A stretch of DNA of 64,000 nucleotides from Mobula hypostoma (lineage: Eukaryota). Below the pieces are notes generated by a model. It saw only the letters and a program-made list of their open reading frames with translations. It was not told where the DNA came from and did not search any database. This document shows positions 1 through 11,581 of the stretch, in pieces; position 1 is the stretch's first letter, and every line of letters starts with the position of its first letter. The DNA is taken from NCBI RefSeq assembly GCF_963921235.1, contig NC_086108.1, forward strand, positions 101,496,001-101,560,000, given 5' to 3'. Both the position numbers and the translations under genes were made by a program.

Positions 1-704
1 GAGCTAAGGCACCGGTGACCCCTGTTTCCGTCCGGGGGCCAGTGTGGGCATGGTGGAGGATTACAAATACCTGGGGATACGAATTGACAATAAACTGGAC
101 TGGTCAAAGAACACTGAAGCTGTCTACAAGAAGGGTCAGAGCCATCTCTATTTCCTGAGGAGACTGAGGTCCTTTAACATCTGTCGGACTATGCTGAGGA
201 TGTTCTACGAGTCTGTAGTGGCCAGTGCGATCATGTTTGCTGTTGTGTGCTGGGGCAGCAGGCTGAGGGTAGCAGACACCAGCAGAATCAACAAACTCAT
301 TCCTAAGGCCAGTGATGTTGTGGGGATGGAACTGAACTCACTGACGGCGGTGTCTGAAAAGAGGATGCTGTCTAAGTTGCATGCCATCTTGGACAATGTC
401 TCCCATCCACTACGCAATGTACTGGTTGGGCACAGGAGTACATTCAGCCAGAGACTCATTCCACTGAGATGCAACACAGAGCATCATAGGAAGTCATTCC
501 TGTCTGTGGCCATCAAACTTTACAACTCCTCCCTTGGAGGGTCAGACACCCTGAGCCAATATGCTGGTCCTGGACTTTTTTCCTGGCATAACTTACATAT
601 TACTATTTAATTATTTATGGTTTTATTACTATTTAATTAGTTATGGTGCAACTGTAACGAAAACCAATTTCCCCTGGGATCAATAAAGTATGACTATGAC
701 TATG
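1..704 (+). mobile_element. Rex1/Babar-type LINE 3' fragment (RT C-terminus, 3'UTR, (TATGAC)n tail)
   Basis: ORF 44-610 YKYLGIRIDNKLDWSKNT...RLRSFN...HPL is the LINE RT C-terminal region. It ends in caataaag-tatgactatgactatga. Same family as 29303-30083 and 40058-40422. Confidence 0.85.
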
Positions 705-1429
705 AGACTTCATCCATTATAATGGCCAAGAACCTTCTCTCTAGTTATAGTAACTTCACACTCTTCACACCCCCTGACACCTAGAACTTTGACCACACTG
801 CTAGTGTCTTCCACAATGAAGACTGATGCAAAATACTTATTCAATTCATCTGTTATTTTGTTGTCCCCCATTACTACCTTCCCAGCACTGTTTACCTGCA
901 GTCCAATATCCACTCTCGCCTCTCATTAACACTTTATATATCTGAAGAAACTTCTGGTATTCTCTTTAATATTGCTGGCTAGCTTACTTTCGTATTCCAT
1001 CTTTACCTTCTTCATGTATGTCCTGCACCTTCCTCATTTTTCCCAGAAATGCACACCATTGCTGCTCTGCTGACATCCCTGCCAGCAGCTCCTTCCAATT
1101 TACCTTGCCCAACTCCTTTCTCGTACCAGTGTAATTTCCCTTACTCCGCTGAAATACTGCTACATCAGACTTTACTTTCTCCCTATCAAATTTCAAGTTG
1201 AACAGACTCATCTTGTGATCACTAGTTCCCAAGGGTTCTTTTACCTTAGGCTCCCTAATTGCTTCCAGTTCATTACATAACACCCAATCTAGTATAGCTG
1301 ATCCCCTAGTAGACTTAACAACAAACTGTTCTGAAAAAGCTCTTAGGCATTCAACAGACTTACTCTCTTGCGATCCATTACCAACCTGATTTTCCCAATT
1401 GACCTGCATATTAAAATCTCCCATGACTA

Positions 1430-2187
1430 TGATACAAGCTTGCTCTGTTAACAGCAGACACCAGCTGATCCAGTTTAAAGTTGTCCACCGTCTCCACTAT
1501 TCTAAACTCAGGTTGCACAGGATTTACCCTTCTGTCTTGCCAACGTGTGATAGATGTCAAGAGACGGAGGGTACATTGTCACACACTTTTTGGTTTTGCC
1601 CATCACTGACTGGATTTTAGTCCAAAATATTTGACTGATACTCAGAGGCTTATAAAAGATCCTTCCCTTTGGAAGTTGGTCTCGCCATCTTTGGCTGTTC
1701 GCAATCCACTCTATGCCTCCCTACAGCCATACAACAGCCTCTGATGCTGGGGATAACTGTCTCCAAAAGACTTACCTTGAGGGAATGGAAATCACCCTCT
1801 CCCCCTTCTCTTTGGAGATGGATGGCTGACATGATCTCAGTCATACAGATGGAGAGACTTGGGTTCTTGAGGACATAGACAGAGACAGACTTTATTGATC
1901 CCGAGGGAAATTGAGAACCAATTCAATTATAAAATTTTCGGCTATCTGGGATCCATTTCTTGCCTACTTAGATGAGGCCAGGGGCAGATAAATAATTTCC
2001 CCCCAGCTGATTTCTCACGGCCCTCATTTGAGACTTAATATTTAGCAATTTTGAGTACTTTGTACAATAGGCATCCCTCTAATGTTATGTTCTTTGTTTT
2101 TGTATTTTATTTTTACACATGTCTGAGCTTAAATGTTCTTATTGATTTCATTGTTTTTTGAAAATTTTGAAAATAAAGTATTAAAAA
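1430..2187 (+). mobile_element. 5'-truncated L1-clade LINE with poly(A) and 17-bp TSD
   Basis: QFKVVHRLHY...CDRC..EGTLSHTFWFC zinc finger typical of the L1 ORF2 C-terminus. AATAAA plus A-tail at 2172-2190. TSD aaaatctccca(t/c)gacta at 1413-1429 and 2188-2204. Confidence 0.85.
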
Positions 2188-2566
2188 AAAATCTCCCACG
2201 ACTACCATAACATTGCCCTTTTGTCTCACCTTTTCTATTTCCTGTTGTAACCTGTGGTCCACCTCCCAGCTTGCTGGGAGGCCTGTATATAACTGCCATC
2301 ATCGTCCTTTTACCCTTGCAGTTCTTTAACTCAGCCTACAAGGATTCAACATCTTCCAATCCTATGTCAGATGTTTCTACTGATTTCATGCAATTCTTTA
2401 CCAGTGGAGCCACACCATCACCTCTGCCTACCTTCCTATCCATCCGATATAACATGTAACTTCGGACTTTCAGCTCCAAACTACAACCATCCTTCAGCCA
2501 CGATTTAGTGATGGCCACAACATCATACCTGGCAATCTGTAATAATCATCCACCTTATTTCTTATA

Positions 2567-4627
2567 CTTAGGTTTAGGGATTTCCTGCTGGATGTTAGCG
2601 ATAAATTTGTCCCAGTGAGGAAGATAAAGAATGGTAGGGTGAAGGAACCATGGGTGACTAGTGAGGTGGAAAATCTAGTCAGGTAGAAGGCAGCAGCATA
2701 CATGAGGTTTAGGAAACAAGGATCAGATGGGTCTATTGAGGAATATCGGGTATCAAGAAAGGAGATTAAGAAGGGGCTGAGGAGAGCAAGAAGGGAGCAT
2801 GAGAAGGCTTTGGTGAGTAGGGTAAAGGAAAACTCCAAGGCATTCTTCAATTATGTGAAGATCAAAATGATGACAGGAGTGAAGATAGGACCGATTAGAG
2901 ATAAAGGTGGGAAGATGTGCCTGGAGGCTGTGGAAGTAAGCGAGGTCCTCAATGAATACTTCTTTTTGGTATTCACCAATGAGAGGGAACTTGATGATGG
3001 TGAGGACAATATGAGTGAGGCTGATGTTCTGGAGCATATTGATATTAAGGGAGAAGAGGTGTTGGAATTGTTAAGATACGTTAGGACAGATAAGTCCCCG
3101 GTCTTGATGGAATATTCCCCAGGCTGCTCCACAAGGCAAGGAAAGAAATTGATGAGCCTCTGGCTAGAATCTTCATGTCCTCGTTGTCCACAAGAATGGT
3201 ACCGGAGGATTGGAGGGAGGCGAATGTTGGCCCCTTGTTCAAAAAAGGTAGTTGGGATAGTCCAGGTAATTATAGACCAATGAGCCTTATGTCTGTGGTG
3301 GGAAAGCAGTTGGAAAAGATTCTTAGAGATAGGATCTCTGGGCATTTAGAGAATCATGGTTTGATCAGGGACAGTCAGCACGGCTTTGTGAAGGGTAGAT
3401 CATGTCTAACAAGCCTGACTGAGGAGGTGACCAGGCACATAGATGAGGGTAGTGCAGTGGATGTGATCTATATGGATTTTAGTAAGGCATTTGATAAGGT
3501 TCCACACATTAGGCTTATTCAGAAAGTTAGAAGGCATGGGATCCTGGGAGGTTTGGCCAGGTGGATTCAGAACTGGCTCACCTGCAGAAAGCAGAGGGTC
3601 ATGGTAGAGGGAGAACATTTGGATTGGAGGGTTGTGACTAGTGGTGTCCCCCAAGGATCTGTTCTGGGACCTCTACTTTTCCTGATTTTTATTAACGACC
3701 TGGATGTGGGGGTGGAAGGGTGGGTTGGCAAGTTTGCAGAGGACACAAAGGTTGTTAGTGGTGTTGTAGATAGTGTAGAGGATTATCAAAGATTGCAGAG
3801 AGACATTGATAGGATGCAGGAGTGGGCTGAGAAATGGCAGATGCAGTTCAACCCGGAGAAGTGTGAGGTGGTACACTTTGGAATGACAAACTCCAAGGCA
3901 GAGTACAAAGTAAATGGCAGGACACTTGGTAGTGTGGAGGAGCAGAGGGATCTGGGGGTACATGTCCACAGATCCCTGAAAGTTGCCTCACAGGTAGATA
4001 GGGTAGTTAAGAAAGCTTATGGGGTGTTAGCTTTTCTAAGTCGAGGGATAGAGTTTAAGAGTTGCAAGGTAATGATGCAGCTCTATAAAACTCTGGTTAT
4101 GCCACACTTACAGTACTATGTCCATTTCTGGTTGCCTCACTGTCGGAAGGATGTGGCAGCATTGGAAAGGGTACAGAGGAGATTTACCAGGATGCTACCT
4201 GGTTTGGAGAATATGCATTATGATCAGAGATTAAGGGAGCTAGGGCTTTACTCTTTGGAGAGAAGGTGGATGAGAGGAGACATGATAGAGGTATACAAGA
4301 TATTAAGAGGAAGCGATTGAGTGGACAGCCAGCACCTCTTCCCCAGGGCACCACTGCCAAATACAAGAGGACATGGCTTTAAGGTAAGGGGTGGGAAGTT
4401 CAAGGGCGATATTAGAGGAAGGTTCTTTACTCAGAGTGGTTGGTGCGTGGAATGCACTGCCTGAGTCAGTGGTGGAGGCAGATACACTAGTGAAATTTAA
4501 GAGATTGCTGGACAGGTATATGGAGGAATTTAAGGTGGGGAATTATATGGGAGGTAGGGTTTAAGGGTTGGCACAACAATGTGGGCCGAAGGGCCTGTAC
4601 TGTGCTGTACTATTCTATATTCTATGT
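2567..4627 (+). mobile_element. CR1 LINE, 5'-truncated, frameshifted ORF2 (RT)
   Basis: ORFs 2702-3283 and 3175-4320 contain NYRP, QHGF, DFSKAFDKV, SGVPQGSVLGP and FAED (degenerate FADD). Tail tattctatattctatgt. Confidence 0.92.
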
Positions 4628-6489
4628 ACATGCATTTAGCTACAACACATTGATTACTGCATTTGCTATCCTTTCTGATTCTGCATCCCTAATGATTTGA
4701 TATTCAGCCTGTTGGCTGCAACTAGGTCCCATCACCTGCCTGCCCTTCCTGACAATCTGACTGCATGCTATCTTTACTTTTTTACCATCCATCCTATCCT
4801 GAGTCCCTTCAATCCGGTTCTCACCCTGCTGCCAAGTTAGTTTAAACCCTTCCCAACAGCTCTAACAAACCTGCCTGTGAAAACTTTGGTCCCCCTCGGG
4901 TTCAGATGCAATCCATCATTTTTGAACAGGTCATACCTCCCCCAGAAGAGATCCTACTTATCCATGAACCTGAAGCCCTCCCTCCTGCACCAGGGGGTCC
5001 TGCTTCTCGGCTTTCTACCTAGCTCTCTAAATTCTCTTTTCAGGACCACATTGCTTTTCCTTCCTATGTCATTTGTACCAATACCTACCAAGACATCTGG
5101 CAGCTCCTCCTCCCTCTCCTAAGTATTGTGGACGTAATCTGAGACATCCCTGACCCTGGCACCTGGGAGGCAACATACCCTCTGGGTGTCCCATTCACAT
5201 CCTCAGAATCTGTTCCCCTCACTATCGAGTCCCCACCATGACTGCTCCCTTCTTCTCTCTCTTTCCCTTCCGCACCACGGACCCATGCCCAGTGTCTGTA
5301 ACCCGGTTGCTGTGGCATTCCCCCGGGAGGTCATCTCCCACAAAAGTATCCAAAGCGTATTTTTGAGGGGAAAGGCCACAGGGGTGCTCTGCCCTAACTG
5401 CCTATTTCCATTTCTCCTGGCAGTCACCCAGCTACTCGCCTCATGCAACTTCGGGGTGACTACTTTCCTGTAGCTTTGATCAATTATTTCCTCGCTCTCC
5501 CATACAAGCTGAAGGTCATTCAGTTGCTGCTCCAGATCCCTAATACGGTCTTCAAGGAGCTGCAGCTGGATACACTTCATGCAACTGACTTTAGTTGAAA
5601 AATTGGCTGTGCTGCTGCTGTTCCCTTTTCTCTTCTGGTTTCTCACTGCCCGAGAAAGGTAAAGTTCTTCCGAGTGGGAAGATACAAGATTTGCTGCCTG
5701 AATTGTTTTTTCATTGCTGGAACCTCTCAACTTCCATTGTCAATGTGTGGAGATTTGAGTACGTTCTTTTAGTTCTCTGGAATCTTTGACCCTGATTAAG
5801 ATGTGAATAGAAAATTCATTTAGGGAAGCTGTTATTCTACATTGGCATACTGTTATAAGCTTAGAATAGCTGGCACTCACCTTACCTCAAATGTTCAGAA
5901 AAGAGTTCAAAGGTTCATTTATTATCAAAGTATGTATGCAGTATGCAACTCTGAAATTCATCTTCTCCTGTTAGCCTTGAAACAAAGAAAACTATAGAAG
6001 TCATTCAAAGAAAAACATCATCCCCCACACAAAAAAAAATCACACAAAGGCATATCACCCCCAACACAGAAAAATAAATCATGCTAAGGGCAAGAACATC
6101 AAACCCTAACCCCCCTCCGCACAATAAAACAAACAAATTGCACCAAACAGCAACAAGAAAGGCAACATGATTATCAGCCCCTCCATGTGAGATAAAATCA
6201 TGCAATCGAGAATATCAACCACCCCCACCCCACGCAGGAAAACAAATAGTGCAAACGGAATCTCAGTGAAATGGAAATCTCAGCAACCCAGTTCTAATGA
6301 AGACACATCAGAACTCTTTAATCTTGGTGACTGTAGAGGAGGCCATACACCTGACATACGAGAACATCTGGTGTTTACTATCTATGGCACTTGTACAGGG
6401 AATGTGGACTTTGGACAGTACATTAGAAATTGTGCAGTGGCTTTCCAATTATTATGAGAATTCAAAGCTGGGAGACAGAAAAACGTAAG

Positions 6490-6992
6490 TAGTGAGCTGG
6501 CTGCTGGCTGTGTGCCCAGAGACCCAAGTTCCTTGAGCACAGAGCAGGGAAAAAGCGACGCAACAGACTTTTAATCACCATAAATCAACGAGTTTCTTTG
6601 TTATGTCCCCCCTTTCACTGTGAAACGGGGACATCTCTTTTTTCCCTTGATAGGGAGAGAGAGAGCCTGTGTTATGTCAAATTACTGGGTGACTGAGTAG
6701 TCTTTAGGGTACTGCAGGTTTGTGTCTTTTTTGATGCTTTGTTGTACATTTGAGTGCTCAGTGGGGGAGCCGATGCTTTTTTGCTGGTGGTGGGGGGTGA
6801 GGGGGTTGATGCTTTGCTGCTGCTTATGTATGGGAGGGGGGAGTTGGGTGGGCTTTGGGGTGCTAACATATAACTGTCATTCATTCTTTGGGGCACTCCT
6901 CTGTTTTCGTGGTTGTTTGTGAAGAAAAAGCACTTCAGGATATACAGTATATTGTACACATTTCTCTGACATTAAGTGTGCCTATTAAAACC
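6490..6992 (+). repeat. Probable interspersed repeat 3' end (unclassified LINE/SINE tail)
   Basis: G/T-rich segment ending in an attaaa-like terminus. No recognisable ORF, so the family was not determined. Confidence 0.35.
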
Positions 6993-7121
6993 TAGTGATG
7001 TACTGTTGCAAGATTCTTTGATGATATTGATATAAAACTAAGGTTCACATCGACTAAGAAGATATAATTTTGCATACAGTGTCTGAGATCATGATGAGTT
7101 AGTACCTCATGGAAACACAAA

Positions 7122-7567
7122 AACATAGAAAACCTACAGCACATTACAGGCCTTTCGGCCCACAGAGTTGTGCCGAGCATGTCCCAACCCTAGAAATTAC
7201 CAGGCTTACCTATAGCCCTCTATTTTACTAACCTCCATGTATCTATTCAAGAGTCTCTTAAAAGACCCTACCGTATCTGCCTCCACCACTGTTGCCGGCA
7301 GCCCATTCTACGCACTAACCACTCTCTGAGTAAAAACTTACCCCTGACATCTCCTCTGTACCTACTCCCCAGCACCTTAAACCTGTGTCCTCTTGGGGCA
7401 ACCATTTCAGCCCGGGGAAAAAGCTTCTGACTATCCACACGATCAATGCCTCTCATCATCTTGTACACCTCTATCAGGTCACCTCTCATCCTCCGTCGTT
7501 CCAAAGAGAAAAGGCCGAGTTCACTCAACCTATTCTCATAAAGCATGCTCCCCAATCCAGGCAACAT
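7122..7567 (-). mobile_element. CR1 3' end fragment
   Basis: ORF LGLFSLERRRMRGDLIEVYK; catagaaa tail at 7124. Confidence 0.88.
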
Positions 7568-7574
7568 AAATTTC

Positions 7575-8590
7575 CCCTGTAGTTCTTACACAGTGAATGG
7601 TAGGGCACTGAGGAGTGCAGTAGAACAGAGAGATCTGGGAATACAGGTTCATAATTCATTGAATGTAGCATCACAGGTTGGTAGGGTCATAAGTAAAGCT
7701 TTTGGCACATTGGCCTTCATAAATCAAAGTAATAAATACAGGAGATGGGATGTTATGTTAACGTTGTATAAGATATTGTTGAGGCTTAATTTGGAGTATT
7801 TTGATCACCTATCTACAGAAAAGATTTAAATAAGGTTGAAGGATTACAGAGAAAATTTACAAAGATCTGGTGGACCTGAGCTATATTGGAAAGATTGAAT
7901 AGATTAGGGCATTAGAGGACACAGTTTTAAGATACTTGGAAGTATGTACAGAGGAGATGTCAGGGGTAAGTTTTTTTTTAACGCAGAGAGAGGTGAGTGC
8001 ATGGAGTGGGCTGCTGGCGACAGTGGTGGAGGCAGATACAATAGGGTCTTTTAAGATACTCTTGGATAGGTACATGGAGCTTAGAAAAATAGAGGGCTAT
8101 GAGTAACCTTAGGTAATTTCTAAAGTAAGTACATGTTCGGCACAGCATTGTGGGCTGAAGGGCCTGTATTGTGCTGTAGGTTTTCTATGTTTCTATGTTT
8201 ATTCCTTGGGACTTAGACTATTGAGAGAAGATTTAATAGAGTTATGCAATATTATGAGGGATATAGGTAGGATAAATGCGAGCAGGCTTTTCCCACTGTG
8301 TTTGGTTGGGACTACAACTGAGGTCATTAGTTAAGGATGAAAGGTGAAATGTTTAAGGGGAACATGAGGGGAAACTTTTTCAGTCCGAGGGCCATGAGAG
8401 TCAGTGCAAGTGTTGCATGAAAGCTCAATTTCATAGTTTAAGAGAAGTTTGGATAGGTACATGGTTAATAGGGATATGGAGAGCTGGGCTCTTGGTGCAG
8501 TTCAATGGGAGTAGGCCGTTTCAATAGCTTAGCATGGACTGCATGGGATGAAAGGCCTATTTCTGTGCTGTACTTTTCTATGACCATGAC
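7575..8590 (+). mobile_element. CR1 3' fragments (older copy with a nested CR1 3' end at ~7911-8200)
   Basis: QRDLGIQVHNSL...LEY motif; tail tttctatgtttctatg at 8183-8198. Confidence 0.75.
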
Positions 8591-8599
8591 TTCTTCATC

Positions 8600-9050
8600 T
8601 TTGGAGTGTATCCAAATTGACCCTTTGGAATGCTCCTAGAAACTCCAGCCTTTGCTGTTTTGCCACCATCCCTGTCCAGGTTCCCTTCCAATCAAACTTT
8701 GCCAGCTCCTTTCTTATGTCTTTTTAATTCCATTTACTCCACTGGAATAGTGATACATTTGACTTTATCTTCTCTCTATGAAGCCGCAGGGTGAATTTTA
8801 TTATAATTATGCTTCCTGAATGTTCCTTTTCCTTAAGCTCTCTAATCATATCCGGTTCATTACACAACACCTAATCCAGAATAGCTGATCCCCTAGAGGG
8901 CTCAACCACAAGCTGCTCTCAAAAGCCACCTCAGAGGCATTCTGCAAATTCCCTCTCTTTGGATCCAGCACCAACCTGATTTTCCCAATCTACCCGTATA
9001 TTGAAGTCCCCTATGACTATCGTAACATTGCCTTACTACATGCCTTTAAA
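8600..9050 (-). mobile_element. CR1 endonuclease-region remnant
   Basis: Similar to 1080-1430 (ccaacctgattttcccaat..., gctgatcccctag). Confidence 0.65.
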
Positions 9051-9179
9051 TTTATTGAGTTCACTGAAAAATGTATTATAATGTTGTGTTACAGATAAAA
9101 AGAAGAATGAAATAAAAATGTGTTGGAATACTCTAAGTAAAAGGAATGCTCTGCTCCTCAGTAGTCAGTGGAGCAAATT

Positions 9180-9770
9180 TCTATAGAAGTGTGGTGGAAA
9201 GTGTGCTGACTGGTTGCATTAGGGCCTGGTATGGGAACACTAATACCTGCTGATTTCCTCCAGCGTGTTGTGAGTGATGGGAACACCAATGCCTTTGAGC
9301 AGAAAATCCTACAAAATATACTGGATTCGTCCCGGTACATCACGGGTAAATGCTTCCCAGTCGTTCAGCACATCTACATGAAATGCTGTCATAGAAAAGC
9401 AGCATCCATCATCAAAGATCCTCACCACACTTTTCTGTTTTCACCATCAGCTAGAAGGTACAACTGCCTTAGGATTCACATGACCAGGTTCAAGAACAGT
9501 TACTACCCCTCAACAATCAGGCTCTTGAACAAAAGGGGCTAAGTATTTTTGGTGTTCCCGCAACTAATGGTCTCGCTTCAAAGACTTGTTATCTTGTTAC
9601 TTCATACTCGTTAATTATTACAGTTTATTTATATTTGTATTTGCATAGTTCATTAATCCTGTCTACAATCACTGTTCTATAGATTTGCTGAGTATGCCTG
9701 CAGGAAAAATAATCTCAGGGTTGGACCTCATGACAAGTATGTACCCTGATAATGAATTTTACTTTGAAAT
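9180..9770 (+). mobile_element. Rex1-like LINE 3' remnant
   Basis: ESVLTGCI.AW.G, KAASIIKDPHH...TRFKNSYYP motifs; tail aatgaattttactttgaa. Confidence 0.7.
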
Positions 9771-9955
9771 TTAAATAACATCTAGAAGTCCAGACGTGTG
9801 CTGATTCACAAGCACACAAGGAAGTAAGTCACTAGGTCCCTTAATCTTGCACCATTATTCAATATAGTCATTGTTGATTTTCTGCTGGCCCAACTCCACT
9901 TCTGTGCCAGTTCCCAAAAAACATAATTCCACCTATGTCCATCCCAAATATATTT

Positions 9956-11430
9956 TGTAGCCTGGGGAAAAGTACACACTCAGGACAACAAATACTTTTT
10001 TGGGTTTTAATTCCTTTATCTGTTTTAGATGTTTTAGTGCCAGAAGAGGGTCTCAAGACAAAACGAATGAATTTACAACCAGTTCCTGCCGTTATAAACT
10101 TAGTTTAACTTTCGATCCACACCCTTGTGTATGTAACGCTCCGCTATATTTGTCTAGGGGAAATCCCGCCCGGCACTGGCCTGGATGCTTCCCGCTGGGT
10201 CGGTTGCTGTACCAATGCCACCCAAGTCGTCCCAAACATCAACCATCAGCCAGCACACACAGTACATTTTACCAAGTACACTTTAGAGATATTACTATGT
10301 CTATGAAATTAATATAAGTTCGATACAGAAAAAGTAGTAACGGAAAAAAAGGCGCCAGACTTAAAGTTCAAGTTCTTCGTGCACAAGTTGGAGCTCAGAA
10401 ATTCTTGGCGACCACCCGAATCCTGTCGACTCGCGGCTCAGGACCACCGGGAGTGATTGACCTTTTCGCACGTCCGTCGTCCTCTCCGTCTCTCCTCCGA
10501 CTCCCTGCCAAAAACCCCCGTTCCCAAGTCATATGAGACAGCATTATCACCCCAAGAAATGATAACATGACCACCCATTGGCTAATAGCACACTGCTATC
10601 TGTATTAGCCCAAGTAAATTTCTAGCTACAGACTTTCTCAGTATTTAAAACATTTTAATCCACATACACAATTTAAAAGATTAACACAACAAAGAAGCCA
10701 TTTTAAATTTAACATAGAGACCCCGTACATGCATGAACAAATTGTGTATGCAGTATAAAAATACATAAAGCAAACCGCACAAAATGAATACAGTACTAAT
10801 ACAAGACTAATACGGTAGTAACAATTCTGAAGGACAATACGAACAACATTAGGATCCCACCAACCCTGTAACTTATACATAGCAGCAAATGTAAGCGAAT
10901 ACATCTCATCTAAGATGTCTACTCTCTTTTAGTACGCACGTGCTTAACTTCCAACCAGAGACTAAACATTCACATTACGCTGTTACATGCACAATCAGTC
11001 ATGATACAATAAAGTTAGACAAAAGGTACACTTTGGCACAACTTTTACAAGATATTGCCTGGTAGCTAAATTACAGGAAGTCTAACCTACTTGGCTGGTA
11101 AGGAACTTTGCACAAGCCACGCTATCCAGCCCCGATGCTTTCACTCATGAAAACCTAAAGCATCCACATGTAAAACGAATTCACATAGATATCCTCAATT
11201 AACACTCACCTTTCCTCACCATGCCCAGTATCTCTGGGAGGAACTTAATCCCAAAGCCTCACCAGCTTCTTCTGCAGAAGCCAAAAATGGTCTCCCCACT
11301 ACCCCGCACGTGCATAATGACATCACTGCCTCCACTTAAAGGCACAGACTACTATTCTAGCACTACCTGGATGGATGCCCAAGTACACTTTTAACGATAA
11401 TGAATAAGATTCGACGGTCACCTGGTTACA
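9956..11430 (-). repeat. 3' LTR of the Gypsy element (contains nested solo LTR 10132-10729)
   Basis: Minus strand reads TGTAACC...GGCTACA. Direct repeat of 17837-18731. Confidence 0.9.
10132..10729. mobile_element. Solo LTR of a second family inserted in the 3' LTR
   Basis: TGTA...TACA termini; 4-bp TSD tgta (10128-10131)/tgca (10730-10733). Absent from the 5' LTR, which reads cccttg-tgta-tggac. Confidence 0.85.
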
Positions 11431-11439
11431 TCCTTCCCT
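11431..11439 (-). promoter_or_regulatory. Polypurine tract (AGGGAAGGA)
   Basis: Directly abuts the TG start of the 3' LTR on the minus strand. Confidence 0.75.
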
Positions 11440-11581
11440 GCATTCAAGTAATCGTCCTCGATTACTCGCTCACTACAAGGGTACTTTTAACCTCGTTAGC
11501 TGCTTCTCTAAAGAGAACTGAACTGAGACTAGCCAGTATCTCAGACACTGCTGCCTGACTTATGGAGGCCTCATCAAGTAC

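Larger units (their letters stand above)
720..5595 (-). mobile_element. Degenerate host CR1 LINE (ORF1 and the endonuclease part of ORF2), split by two nested insertions
   Basis: Minus-strand pieces: ORF1 coiled-coil and GDSL-like (CMKCIQLQLLEDRIRDLEQ, GDSIVRGTD; ~5085-5590), APE endonuclease N-term (AITKSWL...YRMDR..GDGVA; 2336-2518) and GDFN...LDWVL...SDH (984-1424). Confidence 0.8.

Noticed and set aside
5203..5730. 175-aa ORF as a host gene
   Set aside because: The C-terminal part is CR1 ORF1 and the N-terminal part is read-in from flanking DNA.
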